This document shows, one piece after another, positions 37,287 through 46,597 of a stretch of 64,000 bases of DNA. The notes beneath the pieces are model-generated. The model had not been told where the DNA came from, made no database searches, and was given only the letters and a program-made list of their open reading frames with translations. Made by a program: the position numbers and the translations under genes. Source of the stretch: a virus (lineage: Duplodnaviria; Caudoviricetes); IMG/VR virus record IMGVR_UViG_3300035687_000005, positions 408-64,407 of that record; one strand, 5' to 3'. Every line of letters starts with the position of its first letter. Position 1 is the first letter of the stretch.

Positions 37287-37712
37287 TCAGCCTCCGATCG
37301 CTACGAGTTCGGAGGTGTCGATGACCGCCACCTCGTCGAGCAGCCGCAGCCTGGGGGTCCCGGCGTCCGCCAGGTCGAGCACCAGCCGGGACGCGGAAGC
37401 CCCGACCTCGGGGTGCACGACCGAGGAGATCCCGTGGGCCACGTTCTCCAGCAGCAGGTCCGTCGTGGACTCCCCCGGCTCCCAGTTCCGGGTGGTCACG
37501 TCGGGACGCAGCATCAGCAGGTGCTCGATCAGAGCCATGGTCTGCGGGGCCGGCCAGAGGATGTCAGCGCGGACACCGCACGACGGGCACACGAACCCCA
37601 CCCCCGGCGGCAGGGTCAGCGCATCGAGGCACAACGGGGTGGGGCAGTCGATCACCCACCTGCCCCAGTTGGCCCGCACGTACGCCACGCCCGGTACGGC
37701 GAGAAGCTGCAC
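37287..37712 (-). CDS. tail-associated protein
   Basis: NWGRWVIDCP..C...CPSC...RNWEPGE. Confidence 0.6.
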   Translation of the reverse strand: MQLLAVPGVAYVRANWGRWVIDCPTPLCLDALTLPPGVGFVCPSCGVRADILWPAPQTMALIEHLLMLRPDVTTRNWEPGESTTDLLLENVAHGISSVVHPEVGASASRLVLDLADAGTPRLRLLDEVAVIDTSELVAIGG

Positions 37713-37724
37713 GGCGTCTCCCTT

Positions 37725-39275
37725 CTAATTGGCGAAGACGCCCTGGTCGAAGCCCTGACCGACGGTGTCGAACAGGAACATGGTGGTGGGGTCGTCGGCG
37801 CCGGTCCCCACGAATTTGCCGTCGTTGAAACCGCGACCGGCCACGTCGAACGTGAACGGCGACGCGACGGTGTCCGGGACCTTCTCGAGGCCGAACGTGG
37901 TGCTGTGATTCAGGCCGCCGTCGGTGATCGCATGGGAGATCTGCTCGATCCAGCAGTCCGCGTCCAGCCCGGTGTGAGACTCGGCGACGTGGACCCGATC
38001 GGAGAGGTTCCGTGACAGCTGCTGCAGCAGCCGGGTGGTGTTCCCGCCGACCATCGTCACGGTGATCGTCGGCAGGCGTTCGGCCCGCTTGCCGACGATC
38101 AGGTCGGCGATGGCCTTCGCGTCGTGCACGCCGGCCCAGATCGGCGTCCGGGTCGCCTGCGGCGAGCGGCGTCCGTACTTGCCGATGCTGACCGAGTCCT
38201 CGACGGACACCACCACGGTGGTGACGGTCGCCAGCGCGTAGCCGCGTACCTGCAGGTCGTCGACGACCGCTGTGCCGCCGACTGCCTTGACGGACACGGT
38301 GGTGGATTCGCCGGAGGTGTTGAACAGCGCCACCTCGATGGTGCCGGAGACCAGCTGATAGTCGGTTCCGACCTCGGGGACCACGGCCTCGAGGAAGGGC
38401 GACGAGCCCCGTGCGGAGATCAGGATCGTCTCCCCGGCCGAGATCGTGGTACGGCCGGGAGAGGACCACACCACCGACAGCTCGCCTGATGGGACCCGCA
38501 CCGGCACGTCGAAGGAGACCGAGTTGATGATCTCCTTCCAGCCGTGGTTGTAGTCGGCCGGCGCGGAGATCAACGGCTCGACCGCGCCGCTGCTGCGCCA
38601 CGTCGACTGCACCGTCCGGGACGCGGTACGCAGCAGCCGGTGGTGCCGGTCCCGGAACACGATCTGCCCGGCCGAGTCGACGGTCACCAGCGCCGCCGGG
38701 CCCTCGGAGTCGACGATCTGCATCAGGGCGTCGTAGGCGTCGGAGTTGTCCGCCCACCACCACGGCATGACCGTGGCGCCGGCGTCCAGATCCCGCAGGG
38801 TGGCGGACCACCCGACCGCGTCGAGGAGGAGCCCGATCGCGGCGCCGGTCCGCAGCCCCGAGTAGATCGGGGTGCTGACCTGCACGCCCTTGAGGCGGGC
38901 CAGCGGATCGAGGCAGGTCACGTCGATGGAACGCTGGTCGCGCCCCGGCTTGACCTTGAAGTCGTCCAGGTGCCCGCTGAAGATCGTGTAGGTGGTGGCG
39001 GACAGGACGGCCTGGATCATGGCCGACCGGCCCGGCTGGACCAGGCCGACCAGCGGCGACGAGGTGTTCTCCGGGCTGAAGTCGCGGGACTGGTTGTTCA
39101 GCTCGAACCCGGCCTCACCGACAGCCGTCGGCGACAGCGCCCGTGCCTGGTCGCGGCCGTACCGGACGGTGATCGGGGTACGCCCGTCCAGGGTGCGGCT
39201 GGTGACGTTCTCCCGGGTGTCGCTGAAGTCCCCGTCGTTGTTCCAGTCGATGTAGACGAAATACTCCGCCGGCAT
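37725..39275 (-). CDS. minor tail (hub/baseplate) protein
   Basis: Follows the tape measure; IDWNNDGDF, YGRD, LNNQSRDFSP. Confidence 0.75.
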   Translation of the reverse strand: MPAEYFVYIDWNNDGDFSDTRENVTSRTLDGRTPITVRYGRDQARALSPTAVGEAGFELNNQSRDFSPENTSSPLVGLVQPGRSAMIQAVLSATTYTIFSGHLDDFKVKPGRDQRSIDVTCLDPLARLKGVQVSTPIYSGLRTGAAIGLLLDAVGWSATLRDLDAGATVMPWWWADNSDAYDALMQIVDSEGPAALVTVDSAGQIVFRDRHHRLLRTASRTVQSTWRSSGAVEPLISAPADYNHGWKEIINSVSFDVPVRVPSGELSVVWSSPGRTTISAGETILISARGSSPFLEAVVPEVGTDYQLVSGTIEVALFNTSGESTTVSVKAVGGTAVVDDLQVRGYALATVTTVVVSVEDSVSIGKYGRRSPQATRTPIWAGVHDAKAIADLIVGKRAERLPTITVTMVGGNTTRLLQQLSRNLSDRVHVAESHTGLDADCWIEQISHAITDGGLNHSTTFGLEKVPDTVASPFTFDVAGRGFNDGKFVGTGADDPTTMFLFDTVGQGFDQGVFAN

Positions 39276-42200
39276 CAGACCCGGCCCTTGCGCTTCAGGT
39301 CATCGATCGTGCCGACGATCCACTTCTCGAGCTCGTACCGGCTCCCGACCGGGCCGGAGAACTGCAGGACCACCGTGGTGTTCCCGCCGCCGCGCCCACC
39401 CGTGTCCGACATCCAGTTGCCCTGCACACCGGGCACCACGGTCTCCGGGCCGCGCTCGGCGAACGAGTAGCTACGCCCCGACGCGCCGACACCCACCACC
39501 GGCTCGCGGATGACACCGCCGCCCGCCATCGCGACGTGCAGGTGGTTACGGTGCAACGGCCACTGGTGCGGCATCGCGCTGTAGTGACCGCGGGTGATGC
39601 CGTAGTCCGCCGACCGGGTCCGGTGGATCAGCTCCAGCACCCGGCCCTGCATGCCCATGAAGAACCGGGCCAGCCGGTCCTGGTTGAACCCCATGAAGTC
39701 CACAGCCCGACCCGACCCGTGCCACAGCGGGTCGCCCGGCCGGTAGCCGTTGCCGAACTCGTACGGGATCCCGGAGTTCTTCACCAGCTGCACGATGCGG
39801 CGCCACACACCACTGTCGCCGCGCTGCGCGCCCGGCGACGACGGCCAGCGCCCCATCGACCCGACCGCCGGGGTGACCGCCGACGTGGCCTCCGCCTTCG
39901 ACGGCACCCGGGTACCCGCCGCCGTGGTCGGGAACGGCCACGCCACCGACCCACCGCCGGCGTACCCGGGGACATCGCCGTGGACGTTCATGTGGTCGAG
40001 CAGGCCGGGGTTTCTGCGCTCGATCTTCCTGCGGGAACTCTTCTGGATCACGAACTCGTCGGCGTGCACCACGCCCGCCGGCTGATACTTCGAACCCGGG
40101 CCCGTCCAACCGCCGTCGGCGAACAGGCCCCGGTCGCGGGCAGCCGCCTCGTCGCCGGCGAGGGCCCGGGCCGCCGACATCGACACGCCCTTCTTCAACG
40201 CCTTCTGCATGACGACCAGCTGCGCCAGGGTGCCCATCACCGGGCCGGCACCGGTCACGAAAAGCCTGGTGCTGGCACTACGGTTGATCGAGTCGACGGC
40301 GAAGTTGAAGCTGTCGACCTGCTTCTTCGCCGCTGGTGCGCCAGGCGCCCCGACCTTCGTATCCGCAGCCTTCGGGACCTTGCGGTACGACACGGTCAGC
40401 TCGTCGATCTGCGCCTTGGTGAACCCGGCCTGCCGCAGCGTCTTGCGGAGCCCGTCGATGTCCTGGACGTACTTCGCGTTCACCGAGTCCAACGACTGCC
40501 CCTCGGCGTACCGGGCGTCCCGCATGTCCTTGATGACCTTGATCTGGGCGAGGACCGCCTCACGGTTCTTCAGCCCCTCCTCGCTGTTCAGCGACAACGT
40601 CCGGGCGCCGCTGGTCAGCTCCTGCCGCAGGGACCGCACCCCCGCCGCGTACTTGATCTGCGCCTCGTCGGCGGTCATCTGCACGCCGAACAGGGCATTG
40701 AACTGGTCGTTGAGCGCCTTCACGTCCCGGGCCGCGGCGGCGGCTGAACCGCCCATCGACTTGATGTCCGCCGCAGCCTTCCCCGATGCGCTGCCGGCCA
40801 CCTCCAAAGCCGCCGCGTACTGCGGGAACTTGGCCTTGACCTCGTCGACGGACACACCGTTGACAGCCAGGATCTTGGTCAGCTGCGCGAACGTCGTCGC
40901 CGCGTTGGTGGCCGACCCGCCCTGCACCAGCCCGGCCAGGGCGGCGTCCATCGACGTGATGCGTTCCTGCGTCTTGGCCAGGGACGTGCTCGTGCCGTCA
41001 AGGCCGGGAATGACGGACTCGAGGCCCTTCTGCAGGTTCCGGGTCCACGCGCTGCGGGTGCTGTCGGTGTCCGCGAGGAACTTGAAACCCACGTTCAGGT
41101 CGTGGAAGTCGGCGCCCAGGACACGGGCCGCCTCACCGGCCAGCGCGCCGCCCTCGGCCCACTTCACGAGGCCCTGACCGAGGGCTTCGACCTGCGGGTT
41201 CAGGTCCTGCTGCACGGCATGGATCGCAGCCGACGCGATCTCGAGGGCGACGAACGCGGCCGCGGCCCGGCCCGCGTACTTCGTGGCCCGTTCCAGCCCG
41301 TTCGCCGCGGTCACCCCGGACGGGCCGACCGCCCGCAGCTCCGTGAGCATGTCCGCGGTACTGCGCCGCATCTTCACCCAGCCCGCACCGGCCAGCAGCG
41401 CGGCACCGGACAGCCCGGCCAGGACGGTGATGGTTCCGCCCACCATCGGGTTCAGGCTGCCGAACTGATCGATCAGCTCGTTAGCGGCCTTCGCCATGAT
41501 CCGTAGGCCGCTGTTCGCGCCGGACCCGGACTGGATCGCTAAAGTCTCCAGCGACCCCTTGAGCCGCTCGACGTCACCCAGCAGGTTGTCGGTCTTCTTC
41601 GCCGCGGTCTCAGCCGCGTACCCGGCGTCGTTCGTCTTGTTGATCCAGCCCTGGATGCCGGCCTCGCCGTTCTGGTACAGCACGCTCGCCGCGCGAATCG
41701 CGTCCGACCCGAAGATCGTGGCCAGGGCCGAGTTCCGCTGCTCCTGGGTCAGACCGCCGAGCTGCTTCTGGAGCTGCCCGGCGAGCTTCGCCATGCCGAC
41801 GAAGTTGCCCTGGGCGTCGTACGCGTTGATGCCCAGGTCTTTCATCAGACCCTTGGCCTTTTCGGTGGGGTTGGCCAGCATCAGCAGGGACTGCTTGAAG
41901 GAGGTGCCGGCGTCGGAACCGAGCAGGCCGGCGGACGCGAACGCCGTCAGGGTGCCGGTGGCCTCCTCGACGGACAGCCCCATCTGCGACGCGACCAGGC
42001 CCGACTGGTTGAGGGCCGCGCCCATGTCGTGGACGGACCCCTGGGCCTTGCCGGCGCCGGCGGCGAGCAGGTCCGCGATGTGCGGAACCTCGGACCCCTT
42101 CAGCTTGAACTGGGTCATCGCCGACGCGGCGGTCTCCGCGGCCTCGGCGACGTCGAGACCACCAGCGGCCGCGAGACTCAGCGCACCCTTCAGGCCACCG

Positions 42201-42583
42201 TTGAGGATGTCGGCGGTGTTCACACCCGCCTTGGACAACTCCTCGATGCCCTGGGCCGCCTGCGTCGCCGAGTACTGAGTGTCAGCGCCGGCCTTCAACG
42301 CCGCCGTGCGCAGCAGGTCCATGTCCTTCGCGCTGGCGTGCGTCGCGGCCGACACGGCGGACATCTGCTTGTCGAACTTCGCCGCCGCCCCGACCGCGTA
42401 CGCGAACGCCCCACCGAGGGCGATACCCATGACGCCGGCCCGGTCGGCGACCGCCTCGAGCTTGCCCGCCCTTGCCGCCTTGTCGAGGTCGCCGACGAAC
42501 CCGCGGGTGCTCGCCGACGCGGTCCGCATATTCGAGACGTATCCGGACACGTCGGCCATGAGCTTCACACCAATGGTGCGCAC
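39275..42583 (-). CDS. tape measure protein (TP901-type) with C-terminal peptidase-like domain
   Basis: FDKQMSAV, YSATQAAQGIEELSKAG, FADGGWTG; HGSGRAVD...HRNHLH. Confidence 0.92.
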   Translation of the reverse strand: MRTIGVKLMADVSGYVSNMRTASASTRGFVGDLDKAARAGKLEAVADRAGVMGIALGGAFAYAVGAAAKFDKQMSAVSAATHASAKDMDLLRTAALKAGADTQYSATQAAQGIEELSKAGVNTADILNGGLKGALSLAAAGGLDVAEAAETAASAMTQFKLKGSEVPHIADLLAAGAGKAQGSVHDMGAALNQSGLVASQMGLSVEEATGTLTAFASAGLLGSDAGTSFKQSLLMLANPTEKAKGLMKDLGINAYDAQGNFVGMAKLAGQLQKQLGGLTQEQRNSALATIFGSDAIRAASVLYQNGEAGIQGWINKTNDAGYAAETAAKKTDNLLGDVERLKGSLETLAIQSGSGANSGLRIMAKAANELIDQFGSLNPMVGGTITVLAGLSGAALLAGAGWVKMRRSTADMLTELRAVGPSGVTAANGLERATKYAGRAAAAFVALEIASAAIHAVQQDLNPQVEALGQGLVKWAEGGALAGEAARVLGADFHDLNVGFKFLADTDSTRSAWTRNLQKGLESVIPGLDGTSTSLAKTQERITSMDAALAGLVQGGSATNAATTFAQLTKILAVNGVSVDEVKAKFPQYAAALEVAGSASGKAAADIKSMGGSAAAAARDVKALNDQFNALFGVQMTADEAQIKYAAGVRSLRQELTSGARTLSLNSEEGLKNREAVLAQIKVIKDMRDARYAEGQSLDSVNAKYVQDIDGLRKTLRQAGFTKAQIDELTVSYRKVPKAADTKVGAPGAPAAKKQVDSFNFAVDSINRSASTRLFVTGAGPVMGTLAQLVVMQKALKKGVSMSAARALAGDEAAARDRGLFADGGWTGPGSKYQPAGVVHADEFVIQKSSRRKIERRNPGLLDHMNVHGDVPGYAGGGSVAWPFPTTAAGTRVPSKAEATSAVTPAVGSMGRWPSSPGAQRGDSGVWRRIVQLVKNSGIPYEFGNGYRPGDPLWHGSGRAVDFMGFNQDRLARFFMGMQGRVLELIHRTRSADYGITRGHYSAMPHQWPLHRNHLHVAMAGGGVIREPVVGVGASGRSYSFAERGPETVVPGVQGNWMSDTGGRGGGNTTVVLQFSGPVGSRYELEKWIVGTIDDLKRKGRV

Positions 42584-42588
42584 TCAGC

Positions 42589-43559
42589 TCACCTCTTCTC
42601 GATTCGCCAGAGGCGGGCCCCGGTGTGGCGGGAGTTCTCGGTGGTCACCGCCGCCTGCGTCTCCAGCAGGGTCAGGCGCGCGCGGCACGTCACCCGGGAC
42701 GCCACGAACCGTGGGCCGGTGGCCTCAGGGCTCGTGGTGTCGGCGTAGCGGTGGCCGCACCCACACGGGCACAGACCGGCCCGGTACACGGCCAGGGCCA
42801 ACAGTTCGGCCCGGTCCTGCTCGGTCCACTCGGCCTCCCGGGTGGTCACCGACCGGACCACCCTGCCGGCGTCGTCGTACTCGTACACGGTGGTCTCGGC
42901 GGGCTCACGGCCGTCGAGCTTGGAGCCCGGGACACCGGCGCGTTCGGCGGCCTCTACTCGGTCTCGGAACTCCGGCTCATCCGCGAGGCGGCGGGCGAGA
43001 AAGGGATATTCACGTCACCCCGGTTGAGATACCAGGCGACGTCGGACAGGGTGTCGAACTGCTTATCGGTCAGCTTGCCGTCCTCGACGGGCTCGCCTTC
43101 GGCCTCGATGCGTGCCTGCTCGTCCTCGTCGTCGCCGAGGAGGACACGCCAGTCTTCGTCGTCGAGGACCGGCTCAACGACACTGGCACGGATCAGGGCG
43201 TCGAAGAACGTCTCCGTGTTGACGCCGATGAACTTGTCCCGCTCGTCGACGTCCTGCCCGTCGTCAGTGCGGCGCGGCGGGTGCGCGGCGACGAGCGCCC
43301 GGAACTTGGCCTTCGGCATGGCGCGCAGCCGGAAGATCTCCGTGTCGTCGCGCATCTGCTCCTGGAGCTGGCTCATCCGGTCGAGGATGTCGCCGGTGCC
43401 GTCACCCGCGAGAGAGTTGGTGTTCTTGCGCTGGGCGTCGACCAGTGCCCGCTCGGCGGCCTCGAACTCGGCGACCAGGTCACCGCTGAGGCAGATCGGC
43501 ACGGTGCGCTCGGCGAGTTTCGCCCGGCGCAGCCTGTCCTTGATGAAGTCGCTGCTCAC
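42589..43559 (-). CDS. tail assembly chaperone (42954-43559) and its -1 frameshift extension (to 42589)
   Basis: Slippery C CCT TTC at 42999-43005; the -1 frame is open (FLARRLADEPEFRDRVEAAE...) into 42589..42888. Confidence 0.8.
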
Positions 43560-43647
43560 GATGGTGCCCTCCTGGCTCCTGGCGGGCCTGGCGTAGAAGT
43601 GCGGGGCCGGTCCCGCCAGGAAGCCCGACCCCGCACGCTCAGAAGGA

Positions 43648-44127
43648 TCAGGCGACCGCAGCGCGCAGCGACGGCGACGCCGTCACCTTGATCGGGACCT
43701 CGTACCGCTCGACCGTGTTCGGCTCCGGGTCCACCCGGGCCACCTCGCCGCACAGCGCCGGATACACCTCGATGGCCTGCGCCGACGCCCACGCCGTGCT
43801 CGCGGTGATCGACCTACGGATCACCACGTAGCCGGCGGTGTCACGCACCAGGGTCGTGAAGATGGTGTCGGTGCCCGATTGCTTCTTCAGCCGGAACATC
43901 GTGCCGGAGAAGTTGGTCCGACCGTTGACGTTGGTGTTGAACGTCGAGTCCAGGGCGCTGGTGTCGACGTCGGCGGTCTCCGGCTTGAAGCCGATCAGAC
44001 CGTCCGCCGTCAGCGTGGAGTGCAGCAGCATGCCCGCGTTGAGCTCGGTCGTGGTCGGGGCGTTGATGTTGGCGATGGTGGGGACCCAGGAGACCCGGGT
44101 CTTGCCATCAGCGGTGATGTCGGGCAT
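43648..44127 (-). CDS. major tail protein
   Basis: DGKTRVSWVPTIANINAPTTTELNAG...GYVVIRR. Confidence 0.85.
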   Translation of the reverse strand: MPDITADGKTRVSWVPTIANINAPTTTELNAGMLLHSTLTADGLIGFKPETADVDTSALDSTFNTNVNGRTNFSGTMFRLKKQSGTDTIFTTLVRDTAGYVVIRRSITASTAWASAQAIEVYPALCGEVARVDPEPNTVERYEVPIKVTASPSLRAAVA

Positions 44128-44131
44128 CTAC

Positions 44132-44536
44132 CTACTCCTTCTCGTCGCCGCTGGCGGCACGGGTCTTCTGGCTGGCCTTCTGCGCGCCCTGGCTGTAGGC
44201 CGCGCCCGTCTCTGGGTCGACGGTGGCCAGGGTCACGGTGACCGGCCGGGGACCACCTGCGGCCTGGTCGACGAGCTGCGGGTCCTTCGTCAGGTCCACC
44301 GGCTCCGGCGGCGCCGACGGGCGCCAACCCAGCCCCGCCCACTGCTCCGCGGCGGCCGCGGCGAACAGCTGGCGGCCGCCGTGCACGTCGTGCTGCAGCC
44401 ACACCAGGTCGCCCGCGACCGGGGCGTCGGTCTCTGCCCAGCCGTGTGGCCGCCACCGGTCGCGCTCGTCGGCGCCCTCGACGAGGGCCTTCGCCCCCGA
44501 GGTGTCGGTCAGCCAGTACTTCTGCTTCTCGGTCAT
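44132..44536 (-). CDS. hypothetical structural-region protein
   Basis: Position in the late operon. Confidence 0.55.
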   Translation of the reverse strand: MTEKQKYWLTDTSGAKALVEGADERDRWRPHGWAETDAPVAGDLVWLQHDVHGGRQLFAAAAAEQWAGLGWRPSAPPEPVDLTKDPQLVDQAAGGPRPVTVTLATVDPETGAAYSQGAQKASQKTRAASGDEKE

Positions 44537-44550
44537 CGGGTCAGGGCCTC

Positions 44551-44886
44551 TCAGCAGCGGATCAGCTTGTAGGTGACGGACGTGGCCGACGAGAACGCCA
44601 CCGTGGCGACGCCGGTCGACGAGTTGACGTGGCCGGGCGACAGCCGGAACCAGCGGTCCACACCCGCGCCGACGGCCTGCGCCACGGCGGTCCCGGCGTT
44701 GCCGATCGCGGTCGTGTTCGGGTCGGAGATCGTCACGTTGATCGAGCCGCCGGACGCGTTGATCACGTTGAGGAGCGCGCCGTTCGTGCCGATGTCGGAC
44801 GACAGGACGGTGTCCGAAGTGGTCACGGCGGCCGCGGTGACGGTGGTCGCCGCGGAGGTGACCGATGTGGCGGTTAGCTGCGCCAT
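44551..44886 (-). CDS. small beta-rich structural protein
   Basis: Thr/Ala/Val-rich, upstream of the major tail gene. Confidence 0.6.
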   Translation of the reverse strand: MAQLTATSVTSAATTVTAAAVTTSDTVLSSDIGTNGALLNVINASGGSINVTISDPNTTAIGNAGTAVAQAVGAGVDRWFRLSPGHVNSSTGVATVAFSSATSVTYKLIRC

Positions 44887-44945
44887 CCGGCGCACCCCCT
44901 TCTTGGTGGATGTGGCGTTGAGCAGGGCACCGGTACGGTCACGGC

Positions 44946-45313
44946 ATGGAGCGCAGAGAAGGTCCAGGGCTGGCCAGCACCGGCAACCGCGTACTCCTGG
45001 CGGTCGTCATCGGGCTGGTGGTGTTCGTGCCGACCCGCAGCGTCGTGCTGGGCGCGGTCGTCGGCGTGGTGGTCTACCTGCTCGCGACGCTGGCCGGGAG
45101 TCGGCGGTGAGCATCACGTGCTGGTGGTGCGGCATTGAGCCTGAGCAGCTGTTCGAGATCACGCAGCTCAATGAGGCCCAGCGGCGCTATCTGCCGAACT
45201 GGCCAGCGGGCGACCACGAGCACGCCGAGAACCCGCCGACGCCGTACGAGCTGCTCGACGCCGGGCACCGCACACTGATGCGTATGCGCGACTCGGCGAC
45301 CGGATTACGCTGA
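44946..45313 (+). CDS. two antisense moron genes (44946-45110 membrane; 45107-45313 CxxC protein)
   Basis: TACGGT 6 nt before the ATG; GTGA coupling. Confidence 0.5.
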
Positions 45314-45321
45314 CTCATCCA

Positions 45322-45714
45322 TCAGAGCCACGTCACGGCCGCCGCGTTGATGAGCAGGTGCAGCGTGTTGTCGGCAATGATCATCAGCCAGACCGCGAGC
45401 CATGGCGGGGTGCCGTCGGGGTATCCGGTCGCAGTGTGGCCAGCCCGGAACGCCTTCGGGGCTGCGAGGTTCTTGAGCCAGACGACGTGGCGGGCGAGCC
45501 GGTACCGGTCGATGACGATGTGCGTGCCGCCGATGACCAGCAGCGCCCACGGCGACCGCGTCACCAGCAGGTACGGCAGCGTGTACGTCAGCCCGTGCGC
45601 GACCGCCGGCCACCACCGCTTCGTCTTCTCGCACGCCATCCAGTGCGACTGGAATAGGTAGTCACCGACCAGGTGGGCCAGCACGATGCCGAGCGCGGTC
45701 ATGCTGACTCCCAT
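45322..45714 (-). CDS. DUF3307 membrane protein
   Basis: AHLVGDYLFQ..WMA..K, HGLTY, HIVID, DNTLH. Confidence 0.8.
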   Translation of the reverse strand: MGVSMTALGIVLAHLVGDYLFQSHWMACEKTKRWWPAVAHGLTYTLPYLLVTRSPWALLVIGGTHIVIDRYRLARHVVWLKNLAAPKAFRAGHTATGYPDGTPPWLAVWLMIIADNTLHLLINAAAVTWL

Positions 45715-45785
45715 TTAGTCCGATGGCTAAATCTGGCGTTGGTAGCCGCGGATTAGCCGCACAGAGTTACGTGGTGGGTGATTGC

Positions 45786-46208
45786 CTAGCCCGGCACGCT
45801 CGTGAAGCCGTACACGTCGACCTGGTCCACGATCAACGGACCCGTCAACTCGTCCCGGCCCGCCGGTTGCCCCTCACGCCACCGAATCGGGAAACACGAC
45901 CGGCCCGACACCACCGGAGTCACATCCAGCAAAGCCGTCCGAACCCGGGTCGCGACCGCCCGGGCCGCGACCGCGTTACCGCCGACGCTGTGGCAGTACG
46001 CCCACAGATCCACCACGCTGGAATCGAAGTTCAACGACACCTTGTCCGGCGCCGTCAGACCGTCCGGTGTGGCCACGTAGAAGTACACGAGGACGTACGG
46101 CGGCTCCTGGCCGGCCGGGACGAACCCGTCGAGCACCACCAGCGCCGGCGCCGTGTTGTCCGCGTCGAGCAGATCCAGCACAGCCCTGGCGTGCGCCTGG
46201 ATCGTCAC
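45786..46208 (-). CDS. tail terminator
   Basis: PPYVLVY motif; position. Confidence 0.7.
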   Translation of the reverse strand: MTIQAHARAVLDLLDADNTAPALVVLDGFVPAGQEPPYVLVYFYVATPDGLTAPDKVSLNFDSSVVDLWAYCHSVGGNAVAARAVATRVRTALLDVTPVVSGRSCFPIRWREGQPAGRDELTGPLIVDQVDVYGFTSVPG

Positions 46209-46597
46209 GAAAGACCCGCCTGCTTCACGGCCAAGTCCTCCATGGCCCGCTCGAAGCGCGGCTTCTCCGTGGCACCAGCCGGGCCCATGTGCGGGTGCGG
46301 TCGGTTGTTCACCGACCCGTACTCGAACAGATTGCCCAGGGCGCCCTGACGTTTCGCCTTGTCCGGGCCGATCTCAGCGATCGCGCCGCCCGGGGTTTCC
46401 CGCGTGTCGTACGTGATGGCACTCGGATACGCCGGAGCGTGCGCCGGGCTCCCGACCAGGCGACGGGCCTCCGTCTTGATGTTCACGGCGCCCTTGGCGA
46501 CAACCTTGCGAGCCTCCGCCGGAGCCACCCCCGCCGCGTCGACGAGAATCCGCTCCAACCCCCGGACGTCGTCGACGCCCGTCACCGTGACCTTCAT
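46205..46597 (-). CDS. HK97 gp10-like neck protein
   Basis: KGAVNIK...AEIGPDK..QGALGNLFEYGS. Confidence 0.8.
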   Translation of the reverse strand: MKVTVTGVDDVRGLERILVDAAGVAPAEARKVVAKGAVNIKTEARRLVGSPAHAPAYPSAITYDTRETPGGAIAEIGPDKAKRQGALGNLFEYGSVNNRPHPHMGPAGATEKPRFERAMEDLAVKQAGLS

